Notes under the pieces: generated by a model
Seen by the model: the letters and a program-made list of their open reading frames with translations, nothing else
What the model was told of the DNA's origin: nothing
Databases searched by the model: none
Part shown: positions 40,915-58,480 of the stretch, one piece after another
Layout: every line of letters starts with the position of its first letter
Position numbering within the stretch: the first letter of the stretch is position 1
Translations under genes and position numbers: made by a program
Assembly (NCBI RefSeq): GCF_009914755.1
Contig: NC_060927.1
DNA: 64,000 nucleotides
From: the human T2T-CHM13v2.0 reference genome, Homo sapiens
Reading direction: 5' to 3' (one strand)

Positions 40915-42707
40915 CTGTGGGGTGGAGAAGGGGTTAAAGGCAGGGGAAGGTAAGAGTGGGAGAAAGGCAAGGAAGGAACAGGACATTAACAAGGAGACAG
41001 AAGGGAAGAAGAAGAATAAGAGGGAATGGGAGAGAAAGAAGCAATGTGAAATATTAGTGGGTAAATGGATCCAGATGCTCACTTGCTTTTTCCTGATTAT
41101 ATTTGTGGTTCTGCAAGCTTTATTCCCCGAGCTTCATCAGCCCCGAATGTCTGTCTCCCCACAGTATGGAAGCCAAAAAGGGGGTTTCAAATGACTTTGG
41201 AATTGATTCCTACATAAATAAATATGTGAATCACCTCACTTAAATGTAGCGTAATTGGCTGGCTGAGAACCTCCTGTTATCCTGCATCACAGGCTTCAGG
41301 CCAGGGGGAAATAAGCCAGGAAGAGAGCATTTCCAGCTACTTAGGAGCGATTCCCTGAGGTTTCCTCTGTCCTCCTGTTGCCTAGGCAGTATTATTGCCA
41401 AAATGTGGCGCAATTAGAACCCCCATCTTGAAATTATTGACAGCAGTTTCTCAAGTTCGGGGCTAGCCTGTAATTTTTTATTTTTTAAAGAGCCAATAAA
41501 TACAAGGCTAACCCAAAGTGCACGTTGTTAACCCCTACTGTAGCTCCTGAGATGAGCTCTGCACATGCAAAGGGAGGAGTTAACCCGAGAATCCTGCAAA
41601 AGCTGTCTGCCAGGGAGACTGGAGGCCAGAGGCAGGTTTCATCTTTCTGCCTCGTCTTTCAGGAATGGCCTTAATCTTCCTACAGTTCACTACACTTTGG
41701 TGAGAGGGAAATCCCAGTGCTCCATTCTGCAAGGAAAGGGGACCTTGCCTGCTTCAGCATGTAGAACCCTTGGGTCTTAGCTGGGGTGTTTTCCTAAGTG
41801 GAGAAACTGCAGACCCTCTGCCTTTACCCCTCATCATTCTAGCTCAAGGAAATTTAAAGTATCTTGGTACAAATCACGTTTAATCTATCTCAAGAGAAAA
41901 GGAATGCAATATTATGGGTATAATGTTAATGAGGAAAAATTAATTATTCATTATTTCTGTTTTTCCTTTATGCAAGGGAACATGTTGAGGTATTTTAGCT
42001 GTCTTTAACCACTCCTATGATTAATGTCCCCAACAGAGATGCAGTGTTGGCGAGAGTATGAAATCAGCCCACACACAGGCTAGTTTAGAAAAGGTAATTC
42101 TGTGTTCCATTTTTCTTCTGCACATTGACGACTGAATAAAATTAGTTTTACGTCTGTGTAAGCATGTACACTGTGCTGGCGAAAGCTGGGCTGGGGGTGG
42201 TGAATGTTGCCCATGAATTTCTTGGCTTTGGGGTTTTGTATCTGCTGTTTATTCTACCTTGAACACTTCTGCTACCAGCTCTGCTTCCCCCACACTGACC
42301 CCTGTGCCTGGCTAACCCTAACTTGACCTTAGGGTCTCTATTTCAATGTCATATTTTCTGGAATGCTGCCCTGACCTCCCACATTTCAATGGTGCTTCTT
42401 TCATGCACTTTCACCTACTTCATTCATTCATTCATTCATTCAGTTCATTCATCACAAATCGGAGAGAGCACCTGCCTTGTGCGAGCCACTTTCCAGGCAC
42501 TGGGGAATACAGCAGTGAACAAAAGAGACAAAACTGCCTGCAGGACTATCCTCACTGCACTGTAAGCTCCCAATGTTCTTCCTCTCCATACTAGCCAATG
42601 TGCAATGTGCAATACGCACCTCCCTGCTAGCCAATGTGCAAGACATGCTTGCTCTCTGAATGGAGAGAAGAACGCACACGTTCCCAAAGGACTCCTCACT
42701 AACTTAC

Positions 42708-42841
42708 TGATTATCTGCATGCTGGTCAGGTCTATTCTGATTTTCTGAAAACTGGAAAACCCAGCGGCCGTGTAATCCTTCCGACATTGGCAGTCATCGC
42801 GCCGGCTCCCGTTATAGGGACATTCTGTTGGGTTGTGTAAC
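42708..42841 (-). CDS. ADAMTS9: ADAMTS9 coding exon (probably exon 36), GON-1 domain, 134 nt, phase 2-1
   Basis: atttag|G TTA...ATC A|gtaagt; [44 protein letters not shown]. Confidence 0.95.
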
Positions 42842-42932
42842 CTAAATTATACAGAGAATGTTCTGGTAAGGATGGGAACGCATTTCCAGGGATCTCCAGG
42901 CCTCTGAGATCTTCTGAGCCTGGCTCTCCTAC

Positions 42933-43027
42933 CTGTGCCCATAAACCTCGGAGAAATTCTCAGAGTCTCCATGCACCAGTGTCACGTACTCTTTGGGGTG
43001 GTCAGAGTGCATCCCCGCACAGAATAT
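42933..43027 (-). CDS. ADAMTS9: ADAMTS9 coding exon (probably exon 35), GON-1 domain, 95 nt, phase 0-2
   Basis: tttcag|ATA...CAC AG|gtagga; [31 protein letters not shown](R). Confidence 0.95.
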
Positions 43028-43138
43028 CTGAAAGACCATAAATAACCCATGAAGAGTGGCTCAGAAATGAGGTAATGAGAGCGGTGATCACTCACTCTAA
43101 AAACATTCTTGAAATAATGACTGGTGTCTGACATTCAC

Positions 43139-43233
43139 CTTCAGAAGCTTTCCTCTAATCATCAGGAAATATTCACCATCTTCACTGGCACCTTTAAGTC
43201 TTTTTACCTCCTTGCAATTCTGGGGTAACTCAC
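43139..43233 (-). CDS. ADAMTS9: ADAMTS9 coding exon (probably exon 34), start of GON-1 domain, 95 nt, phase 1-0
   Basis: ttctag|GT GAG...AAG|gtgaat; (C)[31 protein letters not shown]. Confidence 0.95.
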
Positions 43234-43450
43234 CTAGAAAACACCAATCACAAAAAACAGGGTGTGATGATCTGAGATGTGAATTATCTGCCTATAGAAT
43301 GAATGACATTGTTCACACTAAAACTTTTTAGCAAAGCGAATGATTTCCTTCAGAAAAAATTCTATATTTCTAAAAAGGGCAGGCAATCAAATGAACAAAG
43401 ATATCCTGTTCTTCATGCTAAAGAAAGATAACTTCAGTTGGCCAACTTAC

Positions 43451-43583
43451 AGTTATAGACATTACGGCAGGTTTTTCGTTCTTCTGGCTTCAGATCAGTG
43501 TGGCATAAGTGGCTGGGTTGGTCCTCATTGGTTAAACATTGCACAGATCTCTGCATCACTCCAACACCACAAGACACTGAGCA
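43451..43583 (-). CDS. ADAMTS9: ADAMTS9 coding exon (probably exon 33), last TSR, 133 nt, phase 0-1
   Basis: ttacag|TGC...AAC T|gtaagt; [44 protein letters not shown]. Confidence 0.95.
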
Positions 43584-44032
43584 CTGTAAGACAAATGAGA
43601 GTCAGCGGTGTGGCTATGGAATGTGGGAGGCATAGGCTTCTGGTGGTGTGGAGCTCAGAGCCCTGATGTCATCATGTACAGGGTGTCACTTCAGACCCTG
43701 TGTCGCTGAATACAAAAAGCTGACATTTACTGAGCACTTACTATGGGCCAGTCCCTGTGGTAAGCTTTATATATTCATGTTCATGCATTTATACAAACAT
43801 ATATATGTATAAAACACTTATATGTGTAATTTTACACACACACACACACACACACGTAATTTTTTCATTTAAGCCTCACAGTACCCCTATGAGATAGTAT
43901 TACCATTATCTTATTTTTACAGGTGGGAGATTGGGGCTCAAATTTAAGGAATTTGTTCAAGGTCATAGTGGAGCCAGGATTCAAACCCTAACTGCTTCCA
44001 ACTCGTTATACACTTTTGCCTGATCACTTTTC

Positions 44033-47519
<3,487 letters not shown>

Positions 47520-47809
47520 GCCTGACAACTTTTCAAGACTGAGAGCTGCCTGGTCCAGAGCCAGGGGGCTGTGACAGTCTTCCAGGGCAGTCCCAATTTA
47601 AAATATTCTGCCTTGTTGTATCCCAGTGCAATGAAGTATTTCTTACATAGAAGCACTAGAACATACAGACTTCTTAACAACATAAGCAACAATAACTACT
47701 CCTTCTGTAACTCTTATGAGTATCAGATTTTAAGCATTTTTTTAAAACAAATTTGCAGTAAAATATATATAAAACTTTTGCCATTATAACCTAAGTGCTT
47801 TTTATATAT

Positions 47810-48047
47810 AGGCTGAGTATCCCTTATTGGAAGTGCTGGGGACCAGCAGTATTTTGCATTTAAGATTTTTTTTTTTTCAGATTTGGAATACTTGCAGTAT
47901 TACTAGTTGGATATTCCTAATCTGAGCATCTGAAACTCAAGATGCTCCAAGGAACATTTCATTATGGTGTCATATCGACACTAAAAAATGTTTGGATTTT
48001 ATAGCATTTTGGATTTTGGATTTCTGGATTAGGGATGCTCAATCTGT
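47810..48047. mobile_element. Tigger4a/MER46-like MITE followed by a MIR (~48050-48210)
   Basis: AGGCTGAGTATCCCTTAT ... ATTAGGGATGCTCAATCTG TIRs. Confidence 0.75.
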
Positions 48048-48381
48048 GTAAACTCATTTCATCTTCACAACTACCAGTTTTGCAGATGAGAAAACTGAGA
48101 CACAAAGGTTATGCAACTTGCCCAAGGTTGTTCACCTGGGAAGTGGCAGAACCAGGGTTCAGATCCAGACTGTCTGGCTTCAGAGCCCATGTTCTAAGCA
48201 CGAAGCCACTTTGGTAAACAGAAAGAAGTCCCTTTGATCCCTGTTAGCCCATTTCAAGTTGCTAACTCCAGGGTTTCTCCTGGAAGTAGAGTTACTAAGG
48301 AGAGCGGGTTAGGCAGGACATGTTTAAGACGGGGTTGAGATCCAAGGGCTTTCAGATTTGAGTGCTCAGTCTTCTACTTAC

Positions 48382-48576
48382 GCTCCCCCAGTTGCCAACT
48401 CTCCAGGTGGCCGAGACAGGGCAGTCCCTCAGGTAACAGGGGTGAACACTGGGGGGCTGCGTGCCTGGGCAGTTGATGGTGGTTTGGTAGCTGTATTCAT
48501 AATTCTCCTTCCCGGTGTAAATCTCGCTGCACGAGACAAGCCTTTGTTTGTAGCCTTTTCCACAGGTCACTGAGCA
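48382..48576 (-). CDS. ADAMTS9: ADAMTS9 coding exon (probably exon 32), TSR module, 195 nt, phase 0-0
   Basis: ttgcag|TGC...AGC|gtaagt; [65 protein letters not shown]. Confidence 0.96.
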
Positions 48577-49132
48577 CTGCAAAGACAGGGATTGAGAGGA
48601 GAGGTTCGAGCAGTTCCTGGGGGCAGCCCACAATAGGCCCCTGACCTCCACACCAAGCGCTGACCGTGTGACTATGCTGCAGAAAGCTCCCACTTCATTA
48701 GCTTATTTATTCATTTCAAGTGGCAGGCCCTGAGCGCACAGGAGACAGGCAACCCTACAGGGTGCCTCTGGGATCTGGTGCTTCCACTGGCATCTTCTCA
48801 GCCCCCACTGCAGGTGGGGTTGCCTCAAACCCCTTCTGGAGGTTTCGAAGGGAGGAGGAGGGGGAGGTGCTCCAGCTGTCATTCATTCAGTTTGCATCTT
48901 CAGCCCAACTGCACAGGTTGGCAAACTGCTCTTTTCTAAAGCTATGATGACCACCAAATTGGGAAGGGAAGAGGAGACAGCAGCTGACCCGTGAGTCGGC
49001 ATTTTGAGTGTGAAATCCAAGCACTGAGCCAACGGGGACTCTGGGACTGTTTTCCTTCCCTCCGTGGTGCTGTTGGCTTTCCTACCTGCCCTCCATTTAA
49101 TTTCTTTCTCCTATCTCTCTCCCTGGCTATAG

Positions 49133-49302
49133 ATTTTTTTTTTTTTTTTTTTTTGAGACTGCGTCTCACTCTGTTGTCCAGGCTGGAGTGCAGTGACATG
49201 ATCTCCGCTCAATGAAACCTCCGTCTCCCAGGTTCAAGTGATTCTCATGCCTCAGCCTCCCAAGTAGTTGGGATTACAGGTGTGTGCCACCATACCCAGC
49301 TA
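49133..49302 (-). mobile_element. 5'-truncated Alu (right monomer) with TSD GGCTATAGAT
   Basis: direct reading. Confidence 0.88.
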
Positions 49303-52300
49303 GGCTATAGATGTTGACTGGCATGTTACCTTTCTGCTTTTCTACCTCTTGCTCTATATCACGCCCTCATCTGTACTCTTTTATCCTAAGTCTATGGCAT
49401 TTAAACATACTCTACCAATACAGAAATGCAGAAGAAATACACATCGTTATAGTGTCCCAACTTTCAACCTCCTTAGCTAAGTTTTTTTTTTTATCATTTT
49501 CTATATAAAAAATAAAACTGAGTTACAATTAATTTAGTTTTGATGATATTTTTAGGCAACAGCATCAAATAACTGGTCATCTTTTGTAAATGTGCTTCAT
49601 AAACTTGGGGTAGAGTGCCGGTATTCTCTAGACTTACGGTTCTTGGGTGAGGGTGGGATAAATACCCCAAAACAGTATGCCACATGTGGTGTGTTATGCT
49701 TTTTCTGGGGTGAGGGACCACAGCTTTCATCAATTCTCAAGGGCAGTGAGAAGCCACAGTGTCTGCTCTGCCCTAATGTCTCCTGCTGCTTTTAGTCACA
49801 TAGTTTTCTTCTCCTGCAACTTTTCCAGGGAAAAGGCTCTCCTTGAAGAAATCCCAGAGGCAGGAGAGAACAAGTCCAGCTAGAGGCACGCAGAGCATCC
49901 CTAGGCCTTCCCTTCCAGTTGGCTCGAGACATAGAAATGCTCTGTGTACATTTCTTCCTTCTTTGGCTGCTGCTGTTCAAATGTTTGAAGGCCAAGTTGA
50001 CGCCAGGCCAGGAAAGTGTAAGGCCAGCCCGGGGTGTTTCATGCAGATGGCTAACAAACTCTGTCCAAGCTGTGGGTAATCTTAGTGTCTGACCCAGTGT
50101 TGCATGCATTGACATCAGTCCATACTAACTTAAACAAAGTTGTGCATTTGAGAGGGGCAAGGAATGAGACTCTTGACCCCTACAAACCAGGAGCAAAAGT
50201 CGTCCCCTGGCTATTTATGTGGGGGGGGGGCCCAGTGGGAGACAGGCATTTGCTGATGGAACTGAGCCCCAAATATGGTCAGGCTAAACACAGAGGCCTC
50301 CACATCTCTATAAAGAAGCTGGCAAGAACAGATGTTCTCAGCTAGCTGATATCAGCATTGTGAAAACGTTGACTGCTGCTGGTTTCCTCAAACCATTTCA
50401 GAGAGAAACTCATACTGTAGACTCTGCATGCCTTGGTGTATGTGCTTGGTTCCACATGAGCACGTATTACTTTTCTAAATTGAAAATAACAGCAAAGCAA
50501 AACAATAAGACTGTGGGCTCCCTGCATGAGCTGTACACTTCAGGCCCTGCTAGAAAATGCATGTGTCAATCAGGACTGACAGAGCTCTTCTTTGCCAGTC
50601 TAGCTCGGGCCTCCGCCAATTCAGGTGGAGTAGAGCTCAGAGAAAAACACACAAAGAAGCCTCCAGGTAATAGAGGTCCCAGAGAGAAGGCATGTCTTCT
50701 TTTCTAGAGAGGATGCTGGTGCCAGTCCCTTTCGGCCCCTCTCCCCTCATTGCAGGTTTCCTTCCCTGTGGTCCCTGTATCTGTGCTAAATACTGTTTCC
50801 AGCCCTGTAGTTGTTGCCCATAAATTTGCAGACTTTTCAATTCATGATACACCTGCAAATTTACAGAAATGTGGAAGGCTTCCTTTTTTCTTTTCAATCT
50901 TCTCCCTGTTTCATCTTTTGGGGGTTATGGTTATATTAAAGCTATAGGAGTAATATGACTCAAGTCCCATAATAAAAGTGCTACACAAGAGATAAGCTAA
51001 GATGAAGATGTCAATCTTGGCCAGGTGAAAGGTGAGATCCCCCTGCGTTGGGATCTGGATGGGTTGGAACCTATGCCTCAAACCCAATATCAAGAACTAT
51101 TCTGAACACTCATTTGGATTCCACATGTTCCTGGCTGGCCAAGAGCAAATCAATGTCGTAAAGATCAGAACCATGTCTCCTCTTCACTCTCTAAGGGCAT
51201 GCGGTACTACTCAGGGCATACCGAGAAGATGCAGGGTTGGGGTCGAGCAGGGTTTCCCAGCCTCAGCACCACTGACATTTGGGCCAGATAATTCTGTATT
51301 GTGAGGGCTGCCCTGCGCACTATAGGATTCTTAGCCCCATCCCTGGCCTCCACCTTCCAACCCTGGCCAGTAGGGTCCCCTTTCCCCAGCTGTCACAACC
51401 AAACTGTCTCTAGACACTGCCAAATGTCCCCTCGAAGGACAAAATTCACAGGAATAAAGGATAGGGCGAGATAATTAGAAAAGACTTTGGGATCAGCTTT
51501 AGTGCAGGAAGCAATTCAACACCCAACACACACATCATCTAAATGCAAATATTCATCTCATTAACATGTGAAATTGCTGCCTGTCAAACTTTGAAGAGAC
51601 CCAGTGGCAGCAATCATATTACCTAACAATTTTCAGTACCTTTACTGTGAGTCCAGATGCCTCCCTTTCGAATCTCTAAATGCTTTTGGGCAAATGACAA
51701 CTGGTTTGACTGCTACAGATCTCTCATACAGATATGAACATATTACGATGTTTGAAAATAATATAATCATGCTATGATTACTACTGGTTTATTACCATTA
51801 AAAAGGGTCTAGATAAGCATTGTGCACAGGAAGATATATGAAAAAATGGTACTTGAGATACTTCGGATATTATAGAAAATTATTTTCTTCCTCTGAAGCT
51901 GTTTGTTAAACAGGCACAACACATCTGGTTCATGAAAGGGGTTTGTTTGCCCCTTACAATGTTTTAAAACCAAAAATTTCAGCCCCCATTTTCAAGTTAG
52001 GAAATCTCACATACTAGTCCAGATTTTTAGCCTCTCTTGAAAAATCAGGTCTGGTAACGCTAGACCACATTTCTGCATGGCCACAGCTGGAGTGAAAGAG
52101 ATTCTGCTCCCTTCACACAGCATGTGCTAGTTTGTCACAGTTGCCATCTCTCCTTGTTGTATCCCTGGCACTACAATATTTTCTTATACTTAACTGTCTT
52201 CAGGCACCTCACAGCATCCTATGAGTTTGCAGCCCCTGTAATAATTTCTTCTTTATGCCAATAGGACATCAAGGTGAATCACAGAATGTAGACCTGAAGG

Positions 52301-52516
52301 GACTTAGAGACCATCTCTTACATCTCTCCCGCTTTGCATACAAGGAATTCTAGCTTGGGAAAGCTGAGGACTTGTCAGAAAACACACAGTTCACAGTGGC
52401 AAATCGGGCGGGTAGCCTCAAGTCTCCCACATTCCTGCACTCATCCCTCCACTCATCCCTCTGCCACTCTCAGGCCATGGCTGAGCTGACGATGGTTACA
52501 GTTCCCAGGACGGTAC

Positions 52517-52687
52517 CTCTGACCATTCTCCTGTGATCCAGACATACTCGCAGGGTTGCAAACTACAGCTTTCACGGTCCACCGGCCGCTTGCTCACGTC
52601 ACAGCGTGCCCCATGCACCTCGTTTTTGTTGTCATCCACACACACCACCTTGCGGTACCTGGAGCCTTCGCCGCAGGTCTTGGTGCA
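52517..52687 (-). CDS. ADAMTS9: ADAMTS9 coding exon (probably exon 31), TSR module, 171 nt, phase 0-0
   Basis: ttaacag|TGC...GAG|gtaccg; [57 protein letters not shown] (absent from the ORF track, translated by hand). Confidence 0.96.
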
Positions 52688-52778
52688 CTGTTAAATACAA
52701 GCAAAAGAGAAGAATAAACCGTAGTTCCTTATATCCTATGACTGTAATTATGTGTTTACCTGTCTACATAGCCTTTAA

Positions 52779-53133
<355 letters not shown>

Positions 53134-54185
53134 GAGAACTCCTCATTTTACCCCAGTTACCTAACAACTCTGTTCCTGGCATTCACCACCCAGCTGTCTA
53201 AAGGAAGGAAGGAAAGTATAAATGAGTCAATCTCAGTTTAGAAAGGACCTTAAATCCTATTTACTTCAAACACCTACTCACAAGTGACTTGATATTGACA
53301 CTTATGGCCAAATGTTTACCAAGCTGGTGTCTAAATACCTCCAGGATCAGGGACATCAGTACCTTCCCAGGTAGCCATCTCATTTCATAACATGGAACCA
53401 AACAAATCTCTTTGTATGTTCCAGGCCCTTGTCCTAGTTTTCCATTCCGGGAAAGCATAAAGGAAAGTTTCAGCTCTCACAAGTAATCTCCTTCAGCTAT
53501 TTGAAGAGGGCTTTCCTTTAGCCCCAGGTGCCTTTTCTTCTCCAGGGGAACTGCTCTCATGCCACATCATTCTGCAAATATTCACTAAGTTCCTACTAGG
53601 TGTCAGGCCCTGTGACGGGTCCTGGGTGAACAAGAGTGCACACAAATGGCACATTCTCTGTTTTCAGAGAGGAGCTTATATGTTAGTAGCAAAGGCAGAC
53701 AACAAAGAAGATAGCTAGGTAGTGAGATTTAACAATTACTGTAATTCCGTTTTCCAGATGAAGAAAATGGGACTTTGAGAGCCTAAGTTACTTGCCCCAG
53801 GTCACACATCTCTTTGTGAGGTAGACGGGACAGCTATGTTTATTCCCATAAGCCAAGGGATGATTACAGAGCAAGTGGTATGTTTCATTCTAGGATAATC
53901 TCTATGTCCACAGATTCTTATTTGTTTTGCTTTAGCCAACACCAAACCCCACCCCTGAAGTTTATCCTTAGTGCCCTGTGTTGCTAAAGGTCACTGAAAG
54001 CCTATTGTATCTAAAGCCTCTGTGTCACCCAACATTTCAAGACTCATTGGGAAGCCCCAGTGAGCTAAGTGAAACCTGTACCAAGGACTGCTGCAGTTTC
54101 TTAATTTAGGCCAGGGATTGAATACCCTGTTGGCAACGGGCTTATCTAACAACTGTGATTTTTGTTGTGTGGTCAGAATGTTGTC

Positions 54186-55212
<1,027 letters not shown>

Positions 55213-57935
55213 TATGCCCCGTGCCTTTCGTGAGCTACCCTGTTCCTTTAGGAAGGAGAAGGGATATGCTGGCATTTCCTGGTAGCCCCTTGTCACTTGC
55301 AAACTAAACTTAAAATTTCTGCTGCTTGGGAGTAAACCTCAATATCTAGAATATGGAGTCAGTCCTCATTTTTCTGGAGCATAAACATAACTTGAAACCA
55401 CTGTGAGGTGAGCATGGAGGAGCAGAATCATTTCAAATTAGTGCAGGAGGCCGGCTGAGCCCAGTTCCCTAGCTCATCCCTAGCTCAGTGGTTTTGGGGT
55501 TCTCTATTCCCCTAGAAAAAAAGTGTTTTTTTCATCATTAAAAAGGTGAGATAGAGGGCCACTGAATGTTAAAAAAGAAAAGAAAAGAAAAATTTAATCT
55601 GTGATGTGTAGATATATGCAAATACTTAACCACCCATAGAAAAAGTAATTCCTTAGAAAATTAGGACTTAGGTGACTCTGAGAAGATCCTAATTATTGCG
55701 CAGCTAAACCTGGACTAAACCTTCCAGTATCCTCTCTTGTTTTCACTAATCCACAAGGCTTTAATCTGCATCAATAAGTAACAGTTCAGAGCAGAAATAC
55801 AATGAATCCTAAATACTTTATGCTTGTTAAGCGTTTCTCTCTCAGTCTTAAAGAATGGTTAACTACTGTAAAGACTATTTTGCCAGCGGTGGAAAGGGGA
55901 GCTGGAAAAATTTACCTTGAATATAACTTTTACAAAATTAAAAATTAAACTAAGTAAATAAGTGACTTGCCCAGTGTTTCCTAAATTAGTCAACAGCAGC
56001 TCTGAAAATCACATGGCAAGGGTTTTCTCCTGGAATCTTAAATCCTAACTAGGGTATGGGGGCTGGGTAATCAGAAAACAAATCCAGTCCATGCTATCAG
56101 GTTTCATCAGCTTTTTGTAATATGGCTTCCCCCTCAACCCTCTACGATTTATGACTCTTTCCCCTGTCCTGGAATATGATCTAGAATGTTCTGAAAAACA
56201 GTTGGAAAGTTCAATTAGCCTCATTTTAATTTCCAAAAGGTTTTCTCTAATTTCAGTATGGCTTTTAGAAAAATCTCTAACACAAGTAACACCACCAGCC
56301 TCCTTGCATTTCATCACACACTATAATTCAGAAAGAAAATAATCACAGTGCTGGACTAAATCGGGCAGCTCGCCCATTGTTCTGCAAGCTACATGTGCCT
56401 TAAAATATGCTGAAATTAACAGGGGGAAAAGAACTTCTCCGAATTTGAGGGTGAGGAAGACCTAAAGTAAACCCTGAAGGTGGTATTTTATTCAGCCAGG
56501 TAGGTTGGCCACAGAGTGATGGTCTGAAAAGGATCATTTAATGCAATGGGTAGAAATTTTCTTTGCTTAAAGATTATAATCAAGTTGCTTTACACTTTCA
56601 GATATATCTTTTGGTGCAATTCCCTAACCATGGGGGGAAGAAAACCACTTGAGAGTCACAGGCTCTACCTTTTAAGGTTGTTGATTTTCTCCATGGATGA
56701 AAGACCTTGTCTTCTCTAGTGCTGGGTTACCATTGTTGCACAGTGTATGGACGGCAACTCACAGAACCACAGGGTTCCTGGGTTTTTATGTCATGAGAAG
56801 CAGCAATGACAAATCAGTTTATCTAGCGTTGCTTTAAATGGCAACAACGAAAAAAGCAGTCCTTACTTTAAAGCTCATTTTAAAGTCAGGTATACAGAAT
56901 TTAGACATTTTTGCTCCCAAATAGTATATATTTGTTAGGAGGTGCGGTGGGGAGAAGGAGGCAGAAATAATACTATGGAGACACTTTGTAACTTTAAAGT
57001 CATTCATTCATTCAATCAATCAGTATTTTACAATGAGCCAAGGTCTATGCTGGGGCCCCGGGAGGCAGCCTCCATGGCTTCGTACCCTGCCTCTCTCCCT
57101 GTTAGGACACCCAGGGTGGCAGCTATTCCCAACTTGGGTTCCCATGTGTTAGCTCAGCTGGCTGACTGGTGACCCCTGGGGTTTAACACCTAGGGCTACC
57201 TGGGCAGTTGTGTAAGCAGTTGTGTTTGTAACAGAGCATGTAATTGAGTAAGAAGCCACCAGGGAGAGAAGAGGAAACACAACGGGGCAATTCCCATGAT
57301 GCTGCAAAGGCGGGCCCAGGTAGCAGCAGATGAGCAGGAGAATGATGGAGGACATCAGTTCACCAGGCAAGGAGGGGAAGAGGACATTCTTAGGAGGGGC
57401 TCAGCATGCACGGTGGCTGGAGGTGAGAAATGGCATGGGTGGAGAAGCCGGGGAGCAGAATGACCACAGCATTTTGGGGTTTTCAGAGCAGATTATTTGT
57501 GGTTTGGGATTTTTAGAGCATCCCTAATGCCTAATGCCTGGAACTTCACAAGGGATTGATAAACGCTGGTTGAATAAATTAATAAAATGAGCAATAAAGA
57601 GTTCGTATCTGGCTCTGCGCGCACATCAAAACCTGGTCATTCCCTACTGTTAACTTCAGGAAAATCTTTTAAATCAACTGACCAAGGACCTGCTGCTCAT
57701 TTCTAACTTTTCTGTGTTAAGGAGATGCACTTGGAAATCATTCTACAGCTGATCTTAATAAAAGCCCTCAGACTCCAAGTATGTATCAGAGTGGCCCAAG
57801 TCCCCATACCGCACCAAACAGCAGCGAGGTGAGCAGTTCTGCAACAGTCAGACATATCTGAGCACAGCTTGTCCATGGCATTGTGAGAAGAAAATAAAAC
57901 AGCTGTTCTTACAGGAAAAACAGAGTTTGACTGTG

Positions 57936-58246
57936 CTTTTATTTTTTTATTTTTAATGTTTTTGAGACAGGGTCTTGCTCTGTTGCCCAGGCCGTAGTGC
58001 AGTGGCCTGATGATAGCTCACTGCAGCATTGACCTCCTGAGCTTAAGCAATCCTCTCACTTCAGCCTCCCAGGTAGCTGGAACTACAGGTCCATGCCACC
58101 ATACTCGGCTAATTTTTTCTATCTTTTGTAGAGATGGAGTCTCACTATGTTGCCTAGGCTGGTCTCAAACTCTGGGGCTCAATGATCCTCCCTCCTTGGC
58201 CTCCCAAAGTGCTGGGATTATAGGCGTGAGCCACTGTGTCCAGCCT
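57936..58246 (-). mobile_element. AluJ-like
   Basis: direct reading. Confidence 0.88.
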
Positions 58247-58339
58247 GCTTGACTGTTCTAAAAGTCATTTTAGAATGCCTTTATTCTATAGAGTGAAAGA
58301 TGAAAGTCCATCAATTAGCAGGCACTGTTCTATGTTTTT

Positions 58340-58480
58340 TTCCTTCCTTCCTTCCTTCCTTCCTTCCTTCCTTCCTTCCTTCCTTCCTTCCTCCCTCCCT
58401 TTCTTCCTTCCTCCTTCCTTCCTTTTTTGCTTCCATCTTTCCCTCCTTCCTTTCTCCCTCCTTTCCTTTCTTCTTTCCTT
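58340..58480. repeat. (TTCC)n / CT-rich microsatellite at the tail of an antisense L2 (~58500-58900)
   Basis: direct reading. Confidence 0.9.

Noticed and set aside
48352-48381. Read-through VSRRLSTQI* after the 195-nt exon
   Set aside because: The donor is strong (gtaagt) and nothing else supports retention
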